A stretch of DNA of 64,000 nt from Hyphomicrobiales bacterium (GTDB lineage Bacteria > Pseudomonadota > Alphaproteobacteria > Rhizobiales > JAJFHR01): NCBI GenBank assembly GCA_021775475.1, contig JAJFHS010000022.1, positions 18,871 to 82,870 of the forward strand, read 5' to 3'. The notes beneath the pieces were generated by a model. The model had not been told where the DNA came from, searched no databases, and saw only the letters and a program-made list of their open reading frames with translations. Made by a program: the position numbers and the translations under genes. Below, piece by piece: positions 26,918 to 35,382 of the stretch (its first letter is position 1; each line of letters starts with the position of its first letter).

Positions 26918-28696
26918 ATGAATTATAGCGCCCAGACCAGTGATATTTGCCATGCGCTATTTAATGTGAGCGCGATGGATGATCTGGTGGAACAGGGAGT
27001 GTACCCGGATTTAAGCTCTGATCTTATTGATGCCATAGTGGAAGAGGCCGGTCGTTTTGCCACAGATATTATAGCACCACTGAACCGCGAGGGTGACGAG
27101 ATTGGGGCGCAACTTGAAAACGGTCAGGTGAAAATGCCACCGGGCTGGGTGCAAGCCTATCAGCAATGGGTGAAAGCCGGGTGGGGGGCATTACCGGGTG
27201 GTGAGGAACATGGCGGCCAGGGTCTGCCGCTAATTTTGTCTCTGGCCACACAGGAATTATGGAATTCAGCCTCCATGGCCTTTGGCATCGGCACGGTGTT
27301 GACACAAGGTGCGGTCGAAGCCCTGATACAGCACGGCACGGATGAACAGAAATCAACCTATCTGTCCAAGCTTACCAGCGGCGAGTGGATGGGGACCATG
27401 AACCTGACCGAGAGCCAGTCGGGTTCGGACCTTGGCAACATTCGCACCAAGGCTGAGCGCTGCGACGATGGCACCTACCGCATCAGGGGCACCAAAATAT
27501 TTATCACCTATGGTGACCATGATCTCAGCGAAAATATCATCCATTTCGTGCTTGCCAGATTGAGCGATGCCCCGGACGGCATCAAGGGGATATCGCTGTT
27601 TTTAGTACCAAAAATACTGGTTAATCCTGATGGCTCTCTGGGGGCGAAAAACGATGTCACCGCCGCCAGCCTCGAACACAAACTCGGCATTCACGCCAGT
27701 GCCACCTGCGTCATGGCCTATGGAGAAAACGAAGGAGCGGTTGGCTATCTTGTCGGCGCTGAAAATCGCGGGCTGTATTGCATGTTCACCATGATGAACA
27801 ATGCCCGGCTGCATGTGGGCATTCAGGGCGTGGCTATCGCCGAGCGCGCCACTCAACAAGCGGTGGCTTATGCGACGGAAAGAAAACAGGGCCAGCGACC
27901 CGGCAACGAAGGTCCGGTAGCCATCATCAACCACCCCGATATCCGACGCATGTTGATGACCATGAAGGCGATGACGTCAGCGGCCCGTGCCATCTGCTAT
28001 CAAACCGCCCGCGCCATTGATTTGCAAAAGCTCGCACCCACTCAAGAACAGCGTCAGAAAAATGCTGACCGCGCCAGCCTGCTTACTCCGGTTGCCAAGG
28101 CTTTCAGTACCGATGTCGGCGTTGAAGTGGCCTCCTTGGGCATTCAGGTGCACGGCGGCATGGGCTACATCGAAGAAACCGGTGCAGCCCAGCACTATCG
28201 CGATGCCCGTATAGCCCCGATTTATGAAGGCACCAACGGCATTCAGGCCATCGATCTGGTAACCCGCCGACTGGCCCTGCAAAATGGTGATACAGCGCGT
28301 GATTTCATTGCCGAATTAAAGCAGATCGCTGAAGCTGTCTGTGCCTCAAACCTGCCCGCATATGGCAAAACAGGCCCGTGTCTTGTCGCTGCCGTTGAAC
28401 AATTTGAACGGGCCACAATCTGGATGCAACAGGCCGCAAAAGACGAACCCGATCAGGCTCTGGCCGGTGCCACTTCGTACCTGCGCCTGTTTGGTCTTAC
28501 CGCCGGTGCCGGATTTTTGGCGCGTGGTGTTCAGGCGCAATTGCGAAAGACAGATACCGCCACCAAGGATAAAAATATCGCTCTGTTGCGCTTTCTTGCC
28601 GAACAACATCTCCCTGAAACCAACAGTCTGGCATCAACCATAATGAGCGCAAGCCAGGCGCTTTTGGCTATCCCCGATGACCAGTTTCAACCCTGA
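26918..28696 (+). CDS. Acyl-CoA dehydrogenase (DmdC-like subfamily)
   Basis: GTMNLTE, GTKIFIT, QVHGGMGYIEE and IYEGTNGIQA motifs. Confidence 0.9.
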   Translation: MNYSAQTSDICHALFNVSAMDDLVEQGVYPDLSSDLIDAIVEEAGRFATDIIAPLNREGDEIGAQLENGQVKMPPGWVQAYQQWVKAGWGALPGGEEHGGQGLPLILSLATQELWNSASMAFGIGTVLTQGAVEALIQHGTDEQKSTYLSKLTSGEWMGTMNLTESQSGSDLGNIRTKAERCDDGTYRIRGTKIFITYGDHDLSENIIHFVLARLSDAPDGIKGISLFLVPKILVNPDGSLGAKNDVTAASLEHKLGIHASATCVMAYGENEGAVGYLVGAENRGLYCMFTMMNNARLHVGIQGVAIAERATQQAVAYATERKQGQRPGNEGPVAIINHPDIRRMLMTMKAMTSAARAICYQTARAIDLQKLAPTQEQRQKNADRASLLTPVAKAFSTDVGVEVASLGIQVHGGMGYIEETGAAQHYRDARIAPIYEGTNGIQAIDLVTRRLALQNGDTARDFIAELKQIAEAVCASNLPAYGKTGPCLVAAVEQFERATIWMQQAAKDEPDQALAGATSYLRLFGLTAGAGFLARGVQAQLRKTDTATKDKNIALLRFLAEQHLPETNSLASTIMSASQALLAIPDDQFQP

Positions 28697-28708
28697 CCGG
28701 AAAAACAA

Positions 28709-29638
28709 ATGACAACTCTGCTGCTTTCTCACCCAACTTTTGCCGATCACGCCCCGCCCGAAGGTCATCCCGAAAGACCCGACCGTATTCGTGTGGTCAA
28801 TGAATTGCTGGAGCATGATGAGTTTGGCGATTTAAAGCGCGAACAGGCGCAAGTTGGCAATCGCTCTGACGTATTGCGCGCTCACCCGGAAGAATATGTT
28901 GAGATGATAGAACAAGCCTCGCCGGAAGAAGGTCTGGTGCAGCTTGATGGCGATACTTTCATGGGGCCGCAATCACTGGAAGTTACCATGCGCGGCATCG
29001 GTGCCATGACCCGCGCTGTTGACGAAGTGGTTGCCGGTAACGTGCACAATGCTTTTTGTGCCGTGCGCCCGCCCGGTCATCATGCCGAAAAAATCAAGCC
29101 GATGGGCTTTTGCATCTACAATATTGTCGCCATCGCCGCCCATTACGCCCGCGCCCATCACGGGCTTGAGCGCGTGGCGGTAGTTGATTTTGATGTCCAT
29201 CACGGTAATGGCACCCAGGATATTTTCTGGCAGACCCGCGATTTAATGTATGCCTCCACCCACCAGATGCCACTGTTTCCTGGCACCGGTGCTACCAATG
29301 AAACCGGTGTTGGAAACATTCACAATGCGCCGTTAAGCAGTGGCGCTGATGGCGATGATTTCAAACAAGCCTTCAATTCAACCGTGTTCCCGGCACTGGA
29401 TGATTTCAGACCGGATATTGTGCTGGTATCAGCAGGCTTTGATGCCCATCGCAATGATCCCCTCGCCAGCGTTAACTTGATTGAAGAAGATTTTGGTTGG
29501 GTAACTTTGAAATTGATGGATTATGCTGATAAATATTGTGGCGGCCGACTGGTTTCCGTCCTCGAAGGCGGCTATGATCTCGACGGATTAACCGCATCAG
29601 TGTCTACCCACGTAAAAGCATTGATGCAAGCGCACTGA
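28709..29638 (+). CDS. Histone deacetylase-family amidohydrolase
   Basis: HPERPDR, RPPGHHAE, DFDVHHGNGTQ, SAGFDAH and LEGGY motifs. Confidence 0.93.
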   Translation: MTTLLLSHPTFADHAPPEGHPERPDRIRVVNELLEHDEFGDLKREQAQVGNRSDVLRAHPEEYVEMIEQASPEEGLVQLDGDTFMGPQSLEVTMRGIGAMTRAVDEVVAGNVHNAFCAVRPPGHHAEKIKPMGFCIYNIVAIAAHYARAHHGLERVAVVDFDVHHGNGTQDIFWQTRDLMYASTHQMPLFPGTGATNETGVGNIHNAPLSSGADGDDFKQAFNSTVFPALDDFRPDIVLVSAGFDAHRNDPLASVNLIEEDFGWVTLKLMDYADKYCGGRLVSVLEGGYDLDGLTASVSTHVKALMQAH

Positions 29639-29653
29639 AGAAGAAAGAACACC

Positions 29654-29911
29654 ATGGCTGAAAAACCGGACACCGCAGCAGACATCGAAAAAATGAGTTT
29701 TGAACAAGCCCTGCACGAGCTTGAAACCATTGTCGCCAAACTCGAAAGCGGCTCGGTCGAACTCGAGGTCTCCATCGACCTTTACGAGCGCGGCGAAAAA
29801 CTCAAAAATCGCTGCGAGACCCTGCTCAAAAAAGCCACGGCACGCGTTGAAAAAATCACCCTGAGTTCGGATGGCAGCGCGCAAAAGACCGAACCGCTGG
29901 ATGTGGAGTAA
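29654..29911 (+). CDS. xseB: Exodeoxyribonuclease VII small subunit
   Basis: [20 protein letters not shown]...[11 protein letters not shown]. Confidence 0.93.
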   Translation: MAEKPDTAADIEKMSFEQALHELETIVAKLESGSVELEVSIDLYERGEKLKNRCETLLKKATARVEKITLSSDGSAQKTEPLDVE

Positions 29912-29929
29912 AACCTTACATACCCCGTA

Positions 29930-30048
29930 TTCGTCATCCTCGGGCTTGACCCGAGGACCCATTCCTCTGAAGTCTCTACAACAAAGACAGTCCCGTTGTT
30001 TCTGCAAGCCCATCGCTATGGACCCTCGGGTCAAGCCCGAGGGTGACA
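29930..30048. repeat. CGTC-type REP doublet, copy D (diverged; same orientation as B)
   Basis: TTCGTCATCCTCGGGCTTGACCCGAGGACCCAT and ATGGACCCTCGGGTCAAGCCCGAGGGTGACA; spacer alignable to copy B. Confidence 0.9.
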
Positions 30049-30126
30049 GAAGAGAGAGTGTTTGTTGCAAGAATTTTGAACCCGCAGCAGCAGTTTTCAC
30101 ATAGCGCACAACACCATAATCAAAAT

Positions 30127-30861
30127 TCACATGAATTTTCGTTTTCTAAAAACTTTCACATCGCTGGCTGTAAGATTAAACCATTCACCTTTTAAGCGTT
30201 TATCCTTAAAGCGATTGTGCCAATAAGCTTCAATCCCGCTTGGATCATCTGTTTCGATGCTGTGTATTGTCTGAATTTCTTCAGGGAGTTGCATCCCTAT
30301 TTCATATCGGCGGCGATCAAGCTGATTAGTTCGACCAATTTTATAAAATTTACCAGACTTCAGCAAATACACGTAGCCATAATCGGTACTGCCGGTTGGT
30401 TCTTCTGGAAGGACTTCAGAATTTTTTGGCGGGGCTGAACGAATTGCTTTGTCACAAATAGCAATGATGTCTTTATAGCCTTTTTTGCCCTCACAAAATG
30501 TTTTCAAAAATTCAGCACGAATGGAAATTTTTCCCATATGATGGTTAAACGTGTGTTTATGAGGGAATTCTTTTTCATTGCGGGATTTGAGCATCACCTC
30601 AGATTCAATGGGAAGTTTCCCAATCTCACGTATGAAATCAATATATCGGTTTATGACGTCATCTGGATCAAATTTAGTGTTTATTTTATTAGGTGACAAT
30701 CCGGCTTCTGAAACCGCATCACTCCATCGTGCCCAGTACTTTCCACGCCAATCACTTGTTTTAACGTTAGAAAACTTCTCAATCGACTTCATGCCAGGTG
30801 ATTTACCTTGATGCGCCTCGGCATATTCTTGAATTTTTTGTAATATATATTCTTTGTCCAT
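30127..30861 (-). CDS. GIY-YIG superfamily nuclease (T5orf172/MUG113-like C-terminal domain) with two N-terminal homing-endonuclease-associated-like repeats
   Basis: GYVYLL..YKIGRT..RR..E..H..F..KRLKGEWF; N-terminal WSDAVSEAGL and IREIGKLP..FPHKHTF repeats; visibly AT-rich. Confidence 0.82.
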   Translation of the reverse strand: MDKEYILQKIQEYAEAHQGKSPGMKSIEKFSNVKTSDWRGKYWARWSDAVSEAGLSPNKINTKFDPDDVINRYIDFIREIGKLPIESEVMLKSRNEKEFPHKHTFNHHMGKISIRAEFLKTFCEGKKGYKDIIAICDKAIRSAPPKNSEVLPEEPTGSTDYGYVYLLKSGKFYKIGRTNQLDRRRYEIGMQLPEEIQTIHSIETDDPSGIEAYWHNRFKDKRLKGEWFNLTASDVKVFRKRKFM

Positions 30862-30922
30862 TGTTCTTTTCTATCTCAAAGCTCAATACCATGTCGAGCG
30901 TTTGAAAATCTGCGCCGATACA

Positions 30923-30969
30923 AAGCCCGAGGATGGCAGATGGACGAGGGTTGAAATTTTAAAACACGA
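30923..30969 (+). repeat. Half REP copy E (right-arm end plus tail)
   Basis: AAGCCCGAGGATGGCA matches AAGCCCGAGGATGACG at 14/16; tail resembles the copy D tail. Confidence 0.6.
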
Positions 30970-31101
30970 AATTTTTCAATTGATATTTTTAGGCTAAAAC
31001 CTGGAGAATACTGGTAATTCAAGTGTTACAACCACATATCATATGAGGTTCAACAATAATTTTTTCCACACTCATTTTCCAGCCTGAAGAAAGTTAAGAT
31101 T

Positions 31102-31623
31102 ATGAGATTTGCAACAGTGTTAGCGCGCGCGACCGTAGCCATAATGCTTTTTTCAGGTCTTACCGTTGCAGTCAGCGCCCAAGAGGCAGATCTGGTGTTT
31201 AAGAAAAGCACCACCTTCAATTTGCTGACGCCCAATAACAAGCTCGCCACCTACGGAATTGATGATCCGCTGGTGCAGGGAGTTGCCTGTCACTTTACCG
31301 TGCCGGAAAAAGGCGGTGTGAAAGGGTTTTTCGGGCTGGCGGAAGAACTTTCTGATGCATCTCTCGCCTGCCGGCAGATTGGACCGGTCACCTTCAAAGG
31401 CAAATTCGAGCAGGGCGATGAAATGTTCCGGCAAAGACGCTCGATCTTTTTCAAGAAAATGCGCATTGTGCGCGGCTGTGACACCAAAAGAAATGTTCTG
31501 GTCTATTTGATTTACACCGACAAACTGATTGACGGATCACCCAAGAACTCCACGTCCACCGTACCAATAATGCCATGGGGCACGACTGTTGCACCAAAAT
31601 GCGCTGATTTTCTGGAAAAATAG
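31102..31623 (+). CDS. creA: CreA-family exported protein
   Basis: Signal peptide; DDPLVQGVAC, SDASLACRQIGP and GSPKNSTS motifs. Confidence 0.85.
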   Translation: MRFATVLARATVAIMLFSGLTVAVSAQEADLVFKKSTTFNLLTPNNKLATYGIDDPLVQGVACHFTVPEKGGVKGFFGLAEELSDASLACRQIGPVTFKGKFEQGDEMFRQRRSIFFKKMRIVRGCDTKRNVLVYLIYTDKLIDGSPKNSTSTVPIMPWGTTVAPKCADFLEK

Positions 31624-31754
31624 ATTAAGAGTGGTTGGGCGGGGGAGCGGGCTGGCTAGGAAATCAGATAAAAAGCCAACAAAAAACCAGACGATCACTC
31701 AATTTATCTCCCAAAGGGAGCAAATCTCGCATTCAGTCTGGTTTTAAAACCAAG

Positions 31755-31782
31755 ACTGCCTCCAACATAAGTTGAAGGCAGT
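31755..31782 (-). terminator. Hairpin downstream of the cold-shock gene
   Basis: Minus strand ACTGCCTTCAAC-TTAT-GTTGGAGGCAGT, fully paired with one G-U, followed by CTTGGTTTT. Confidence 0.6.
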
Positions 31783-31797
31783 TGCTTGTTTCGTCTG

Positions 31798-32007
31798 TTA
31801 CTCGACGATGGCCAGTTTTTCGGCAGAAGATTTGCCGTTCTGTCCAGCCTGAAGTTCATAAGAAACTTTTTGGCCTTCGTTCAATGTGCTCAGTCCGGCA
31901 GCTTCAACAGCTGAAATGTGGACAAAAGCATCATTTGAACCATCATCAGGCTCAATAAATCCGTAGCCTTTTGTGGGGTTGAACCATTTTACAGTACCAG
32001 TAGTCAT
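31798..32007 (-). CDS. cspA: Cold-shock protein
   Basis: MTTGTVKWFNPTKGYGFI (RNP1) and DAFVHISAV (RNP2); 69 aa; GAGG before ATG 32007; paralogue name is nominal. Confidence 0.93.
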   Translation of the reverse strand: MTTGTVKWFNPTKGYGFIEPDDGSNDAFVHISAVEAAGLSTLNEGQKVSYELQAGQNGKSSAEKLAIVE

Positions 32008-32237
32008 AGAATTTTCCTCTAACAAGGGAGTTGTATCCGCGCACCGTAACGTCGTGTTGGTGCGATCGGGGGTAACGTTCACATTGCCAGGGGATAACAT
32101 GGTAAATCGGCGGACCGCTTAGTCAAGTAACACGAAACAAATGCAACACGTATGAAGTCTATTTAGCTTATGTGGGGCAGATGTCAATAACTTGTGTTAG
32201 TAAAAGTGCTTAAAAATTGATCGGTCGACCGCGAAAA

Positions 32238-33662
32238 TCAACTATTTTTTCGCGGATCAATCGGCACAATCGCAGAAATCCCGAGAATTTCCTCCAAAAC
32301 CCGCGCTCCCTTCAGCACCTGGGCCTCCCCTCTTGCCGGTCCTGCCAGTTGCAGGCCAATCGGCAGATTTTCAGCTGTAAAGCCTGCGGGCAGGGAAATC
32401 GCCGGGCTGGAGACGATAGTCAGGGCGTAGGCAATAGCCAACCATTCAACATAATTGTCAAACTTGTGGCCATTGCATTCTTCCACATATCTTTGCTCGA
32501 TTGGATAGGCTGCAACAATCGTTGCGGGTGACAGCAGAAGATCATATGACTGGAAAAACTCCGTGACGCGATGAAACAGTTTGGTGCGGGCCTGTTGAGC
32601 ATTGACGATGTCTTCCGCACTTAAATTGAGACCCTTTTCAGTATTCCAGATAATTTCAGGCTTGAGCTTGTGGCGATGGTCTTTCAACAGATTGGAATAG
32701 CTGACGGCATAATTGAGCGCACGCAAGGTTTGGAAAATCTCATGGGCATCTTCAAAATCCGGTGTTGCTTCTTCGACAATCACCCCGGCACGTTCAAATT
32801 GATGCGCTGCCTCCTCGCAAATTCGAGCCACCTCAGGATCAACGGCCGTAATGCCAAAATCCCTGCTGAAAGCCACTTTTTTGGGTTTTTTACCCGAACG
32901 TAAAGCCGACACAAAGCCCTCGGCAGGTTTTGGCAGCGACATCGGATCGCCGACATCAATGCCGGTCATGGCATCCAGCATCAAGGCAACATCACTGACA
33001 TTGCGCGCCATTGGCCCCTGAACACCAAGGGCGTCGTCGATCATTCGGGTAGGCGTTCTGGCAACCCGCCCCGGTGTCGGGCGTAAGCCCACAACACTAC
33101 AAAAGCTGGCCGGATTACGCAATGAACCACCGGTGTCTGAACCATGAGCCACCCAGGCAGTGCCACTGGCCAGAGCCGCTGCTGCCCCACCCGATGAGCC
33201 TGCACAAGAGCGCGTAACATCCCAGGGATTTAAGGTAGGTCCGAAGACTTCATTGAAAGTGTTGCCGCCAGAACCAAATTCCGGGGTGTTGGATTTTGCA
33301 TAGATCACACCACCTTCACGCTCCAGCCTTTGCACCGCAATGTTCGAGGTTTCAGGCACAAAATCAGCGAATATGGGAGAGCCGTAAGTGGTTCTGACAC
33401 CAGAAACTTCGCTCAGATCCTTGATTGGTACCGGCAGGCCAGCCAATACGCCCCTTTCGCCAACCGGTTTTGCCATCAGGTCATCGGCGGATTTTCGTGC
33501 GCGCTCGAAACACAAGGTCGGCAAGGCATTGATGTCACCATCAACTTGTCCTATGCGCGCTTCAAGCGTGTCGAGAAGATCATGACAGGAGATTTTTTCT
33601 GATTTCAGCAGTTTGACAATCTCGGTTGCGGTTCTGTCTATCAGGGAGCGGTCAGATGACAT
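32238..33662 (-). CDS. Amidase signature family enzyme
   Basis: PIKDL, AGSSGGAAAALA and GSDTGGSLRNPA motifs. Confidence 0.92.
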   Translation of the reverse strand: MSSDRSLIDRTATEIVKLLKSEKISCHDLLDTLEARIGQVDGDINALPTLCFERARKSADDLMAKPVGERGVLAGLPVPIKDLSEVSGVRTTYGSPIFADFVPETSNIAVQRLEREGGVIYAKSNTPEFGSGGNTFNEVFGPTLNPWDVTRSCAGSSGGAAAALASGTAWVAHGSDTGGSLRNPASFCSVVGLRPTPGRVARTPTRMIDDALGVQGPMARNVSDVALMLDAMTGIDVGDPMSLPKPAEGFVSALRSGKKPKKVAFSRDFGITAVDPEVARICEEAAHQFERAGVIVEEATPDFEDAHEIFQTLRALNYAVSYSNLLKDHRHKLKPEIIWNTEKGLNLSAEDIVNAQQARTKLFHRVTEFFQSYDLLLSPATIVAAYPIEQRYVEECNGHKFDNYVEWLAIAYALTIVSSPAISLPAGFTAENLPIGLQLAGPARGEAQVLKGARVLEEILGISAIVPIDPRKNS

Positions 33663-33794
33663 CGGTTTGGCTCTTTCAAAAATTTCGGGCTGACAGATGA
33701 TAGGCGAAATTAATTTTGGAAAACAGAGATTAAGTTCTTTGACATTTGAATTATTTCAAAGGCAATATGGCGCTCATCGAAATTTGCTGGCTAA

Positions 33795-33820
33795 GGTACC
33801 ATTGGTACGCTGGTACCAAT
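33795..33820. promoter_or_regulatory. Overlapping GGTAC palindromes, candidate GntR/FadR-type operator
   Basis: GGTACCATTGGTACGCTGGTACCAAT; arms ATTGGTAC/GTACCAAT; between divergent amidase and aminotransferase. Confidence 0.5.
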
Positions 33821-33869
33821 AAATTTTACTCATATACCTATAGCAATCCATTATCAGGAGGAAACTGTG

Positions 33870-35249
33870 ATGGCAAAGTTGAGTAATGCGGCAACCCGCG
33901 ACATTGAAACCGTTATTCATCCCTATACCAACCTCGCAACCCATCGCGAAGTTGGCCCGTTCGTGCTTGAGCGCGGCGAAGGTGTGCATGTGTGGGATAC
34001 CCAAGGCAACCAGTATATTGAAGGACTCGCCGGTCTGTGGTGCACCTCGTTAGGCTACAATAACCGCGAATTGATTGATGCGGCAACCGAGCAGATGCAC
34101 AAGCTGCCCTACACCCATATTTTTGGCGGCAAGAGCCATGATCCGGCGATTGAACTGTCTGAAAAGCTCAAAGAGCTGGCACCCATGGAAGTATCGAAAA
34201 TCCTTTTCGCCTGCTCCGGGTCTGAAGCCAACGACAGTCAGGTTAAGCTGATGTGGTATTATAATAATGCTATTGGCCGACCGGAAAAAAAGAAAATCAT
34301 TTCCCGCATCAAAGGCTATCACGGGGTGACGGTGGCCTCGGCCTCGATGACCGGCCTACCGGCAAATCATGCTGACTGGGACCTGCCTCTGCCACAGATA
34401 CTGCACACTGATTGTCCGCATCATTACCGCTTTGCCGAAGACGGTGAAACCGAGCAGGAGTTTTCCACGCGGCTGGCGGAGAGCCTTGAGAAAATGATCC
34501 TCGAGGAAGGCCCGGAAACCGTCTGTGCCTTTATTGCCGAGCCGGTTATGGGCGCTGGCGGCGTTATATTTCCACCCGAAACCTATTTCGCCAAAATTCA
34601 GGCAGTGCTGAAGAAATACGACATCATGTTTATCGCCGATGAAGTCATCTGCGGCTTTGGCCGGTTGGGCGAATGGTTTGGCAGTCAGGCTTACGATATT
34701 GTGCCGGATACAATGTCGGTGGCCAAGGCCTTGACCTCCGCCTATATGCCGGTGAGTGCTGTGATGATACCCGAAGTGATGTATCAGGCGATGCTCGATG
34801 AAAGTCGCAAAATCGGCACCTTCGGCCATGGCCACACCTATGCCGCCCATCCTGTGGGAGCTGTCGTGGCGCTCAAGACCATTGATATATACGAGCGCGA
34901 TAACATCGTTGGTCACGCCAAAACCCTCGGTGCAACTTTTGAACGCCGTGTCAAGGCGCTGAACGATCATCCTCTGGTTGGCGAAGGTCGGGCCAAGGGT
35001 ATGCTTGGCGGAGTTGAACTGGTGGCCGACAAGGCAACAAAGAAGCCGTTTGATCCTAAAATGCTGGTAGGTGCGAAAGCCAACGGCTTTATTCAGGACG
35101 AAGGTCTGATTTTGCGCAATATGGGCGATACCATCGGCATCTGCCCACCGTTGATCATCACCGAAGATGACCTCAACACCTTATTTGACCGGCTGGAAAC
35201 AGCTTTGGATAAAACCGAGCAATGGGTGGTGAGTGAAGGATTGAGGTAA
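33870..35249 (+). CDS. Class III PLP aminotransferase (omega-amino acid:pyruvate type)
   Basis: SGSEAND, FIAEPVMGAGG, IADEVICGFGR and SVAKALTS motifs; AGGAGG RBS. Confidence 0.92.
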   Translation: MAKLSNAATRDIETVIHPYTNLATHREVGPFVLERGEGVHVWDTQGNQYIEGLAGLWCTSLGYNNRELIDAATEQMHKLPYTHIFGGKSHDPAIELSEKLKELAPMEVSKILFACSGSEANDSQVKLMWYYNNAIGRPEKKKIISRIKGYHGVTVASASMTGLPANHADWDLPLPQILHTDCPHHYRFAEDGETEQEFSTRLAESLEKMILEEGPETVCAFIAEPVMGAGGVIFPPETYFAKIQAVLKKYDIMFIADEVICGFGRLGEWFGSQAYDIVPDTMSVAKALTSAYMPVSAVMIPEVMYQAMLDESRKIGTFGHGHTYAAHPVGAVVALKTIDIYERDNIVGHAKTLGATFERRVKALNDHPLVGEGRAKGMLGGVELVADKATKKPFDPKMLVGAKANGFIQDEGLILRNMGDTIGICPPLIITEDDLNTLFDRLETALDKTEQWVVSEGLR

Positions 35250-35257
35250 ATTTAAAA

Positions 35258-35379
35258 AACCCCTCATCCATCAGCTCCGCTGACACCTTCTCCCGCAAGG
35301 GGAGAAGGGAAAAATAGATAAAACGCTTCCTTCTCTCCTTGTGGGAGAAGGTGGCGCCGAAGGCGTCGGATGAGGGGTT
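35258..35379. repeat. CIR/BRU-RS-like cruciform intergenic repeat (second repeat family)
   Basis: AACCCCTCATCC..hairpin..CACCTTCTCCCGCAAGGGGAGAAGG and its inverted partner ending GGATGAGGGGTT; between convergent genes. Confidence 0.85.
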
Positions 35380-35382
35380 CTC

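Noticed and set aside
1452-30969. REP copies as a CRISPR array or integron attC array
   Set aside because: Copies are dispersed and inverted, with conserved rather than unique spacers; no cas or intI gene; no clear RYYYAAC/GTTRRRY boundaries
32008-32100. 31-aa N-terminal extension of the cold-shock protein
   Set aside because: Canonical 69-aa protein starts at 32007 with an RBS; the extension is 5' UTR
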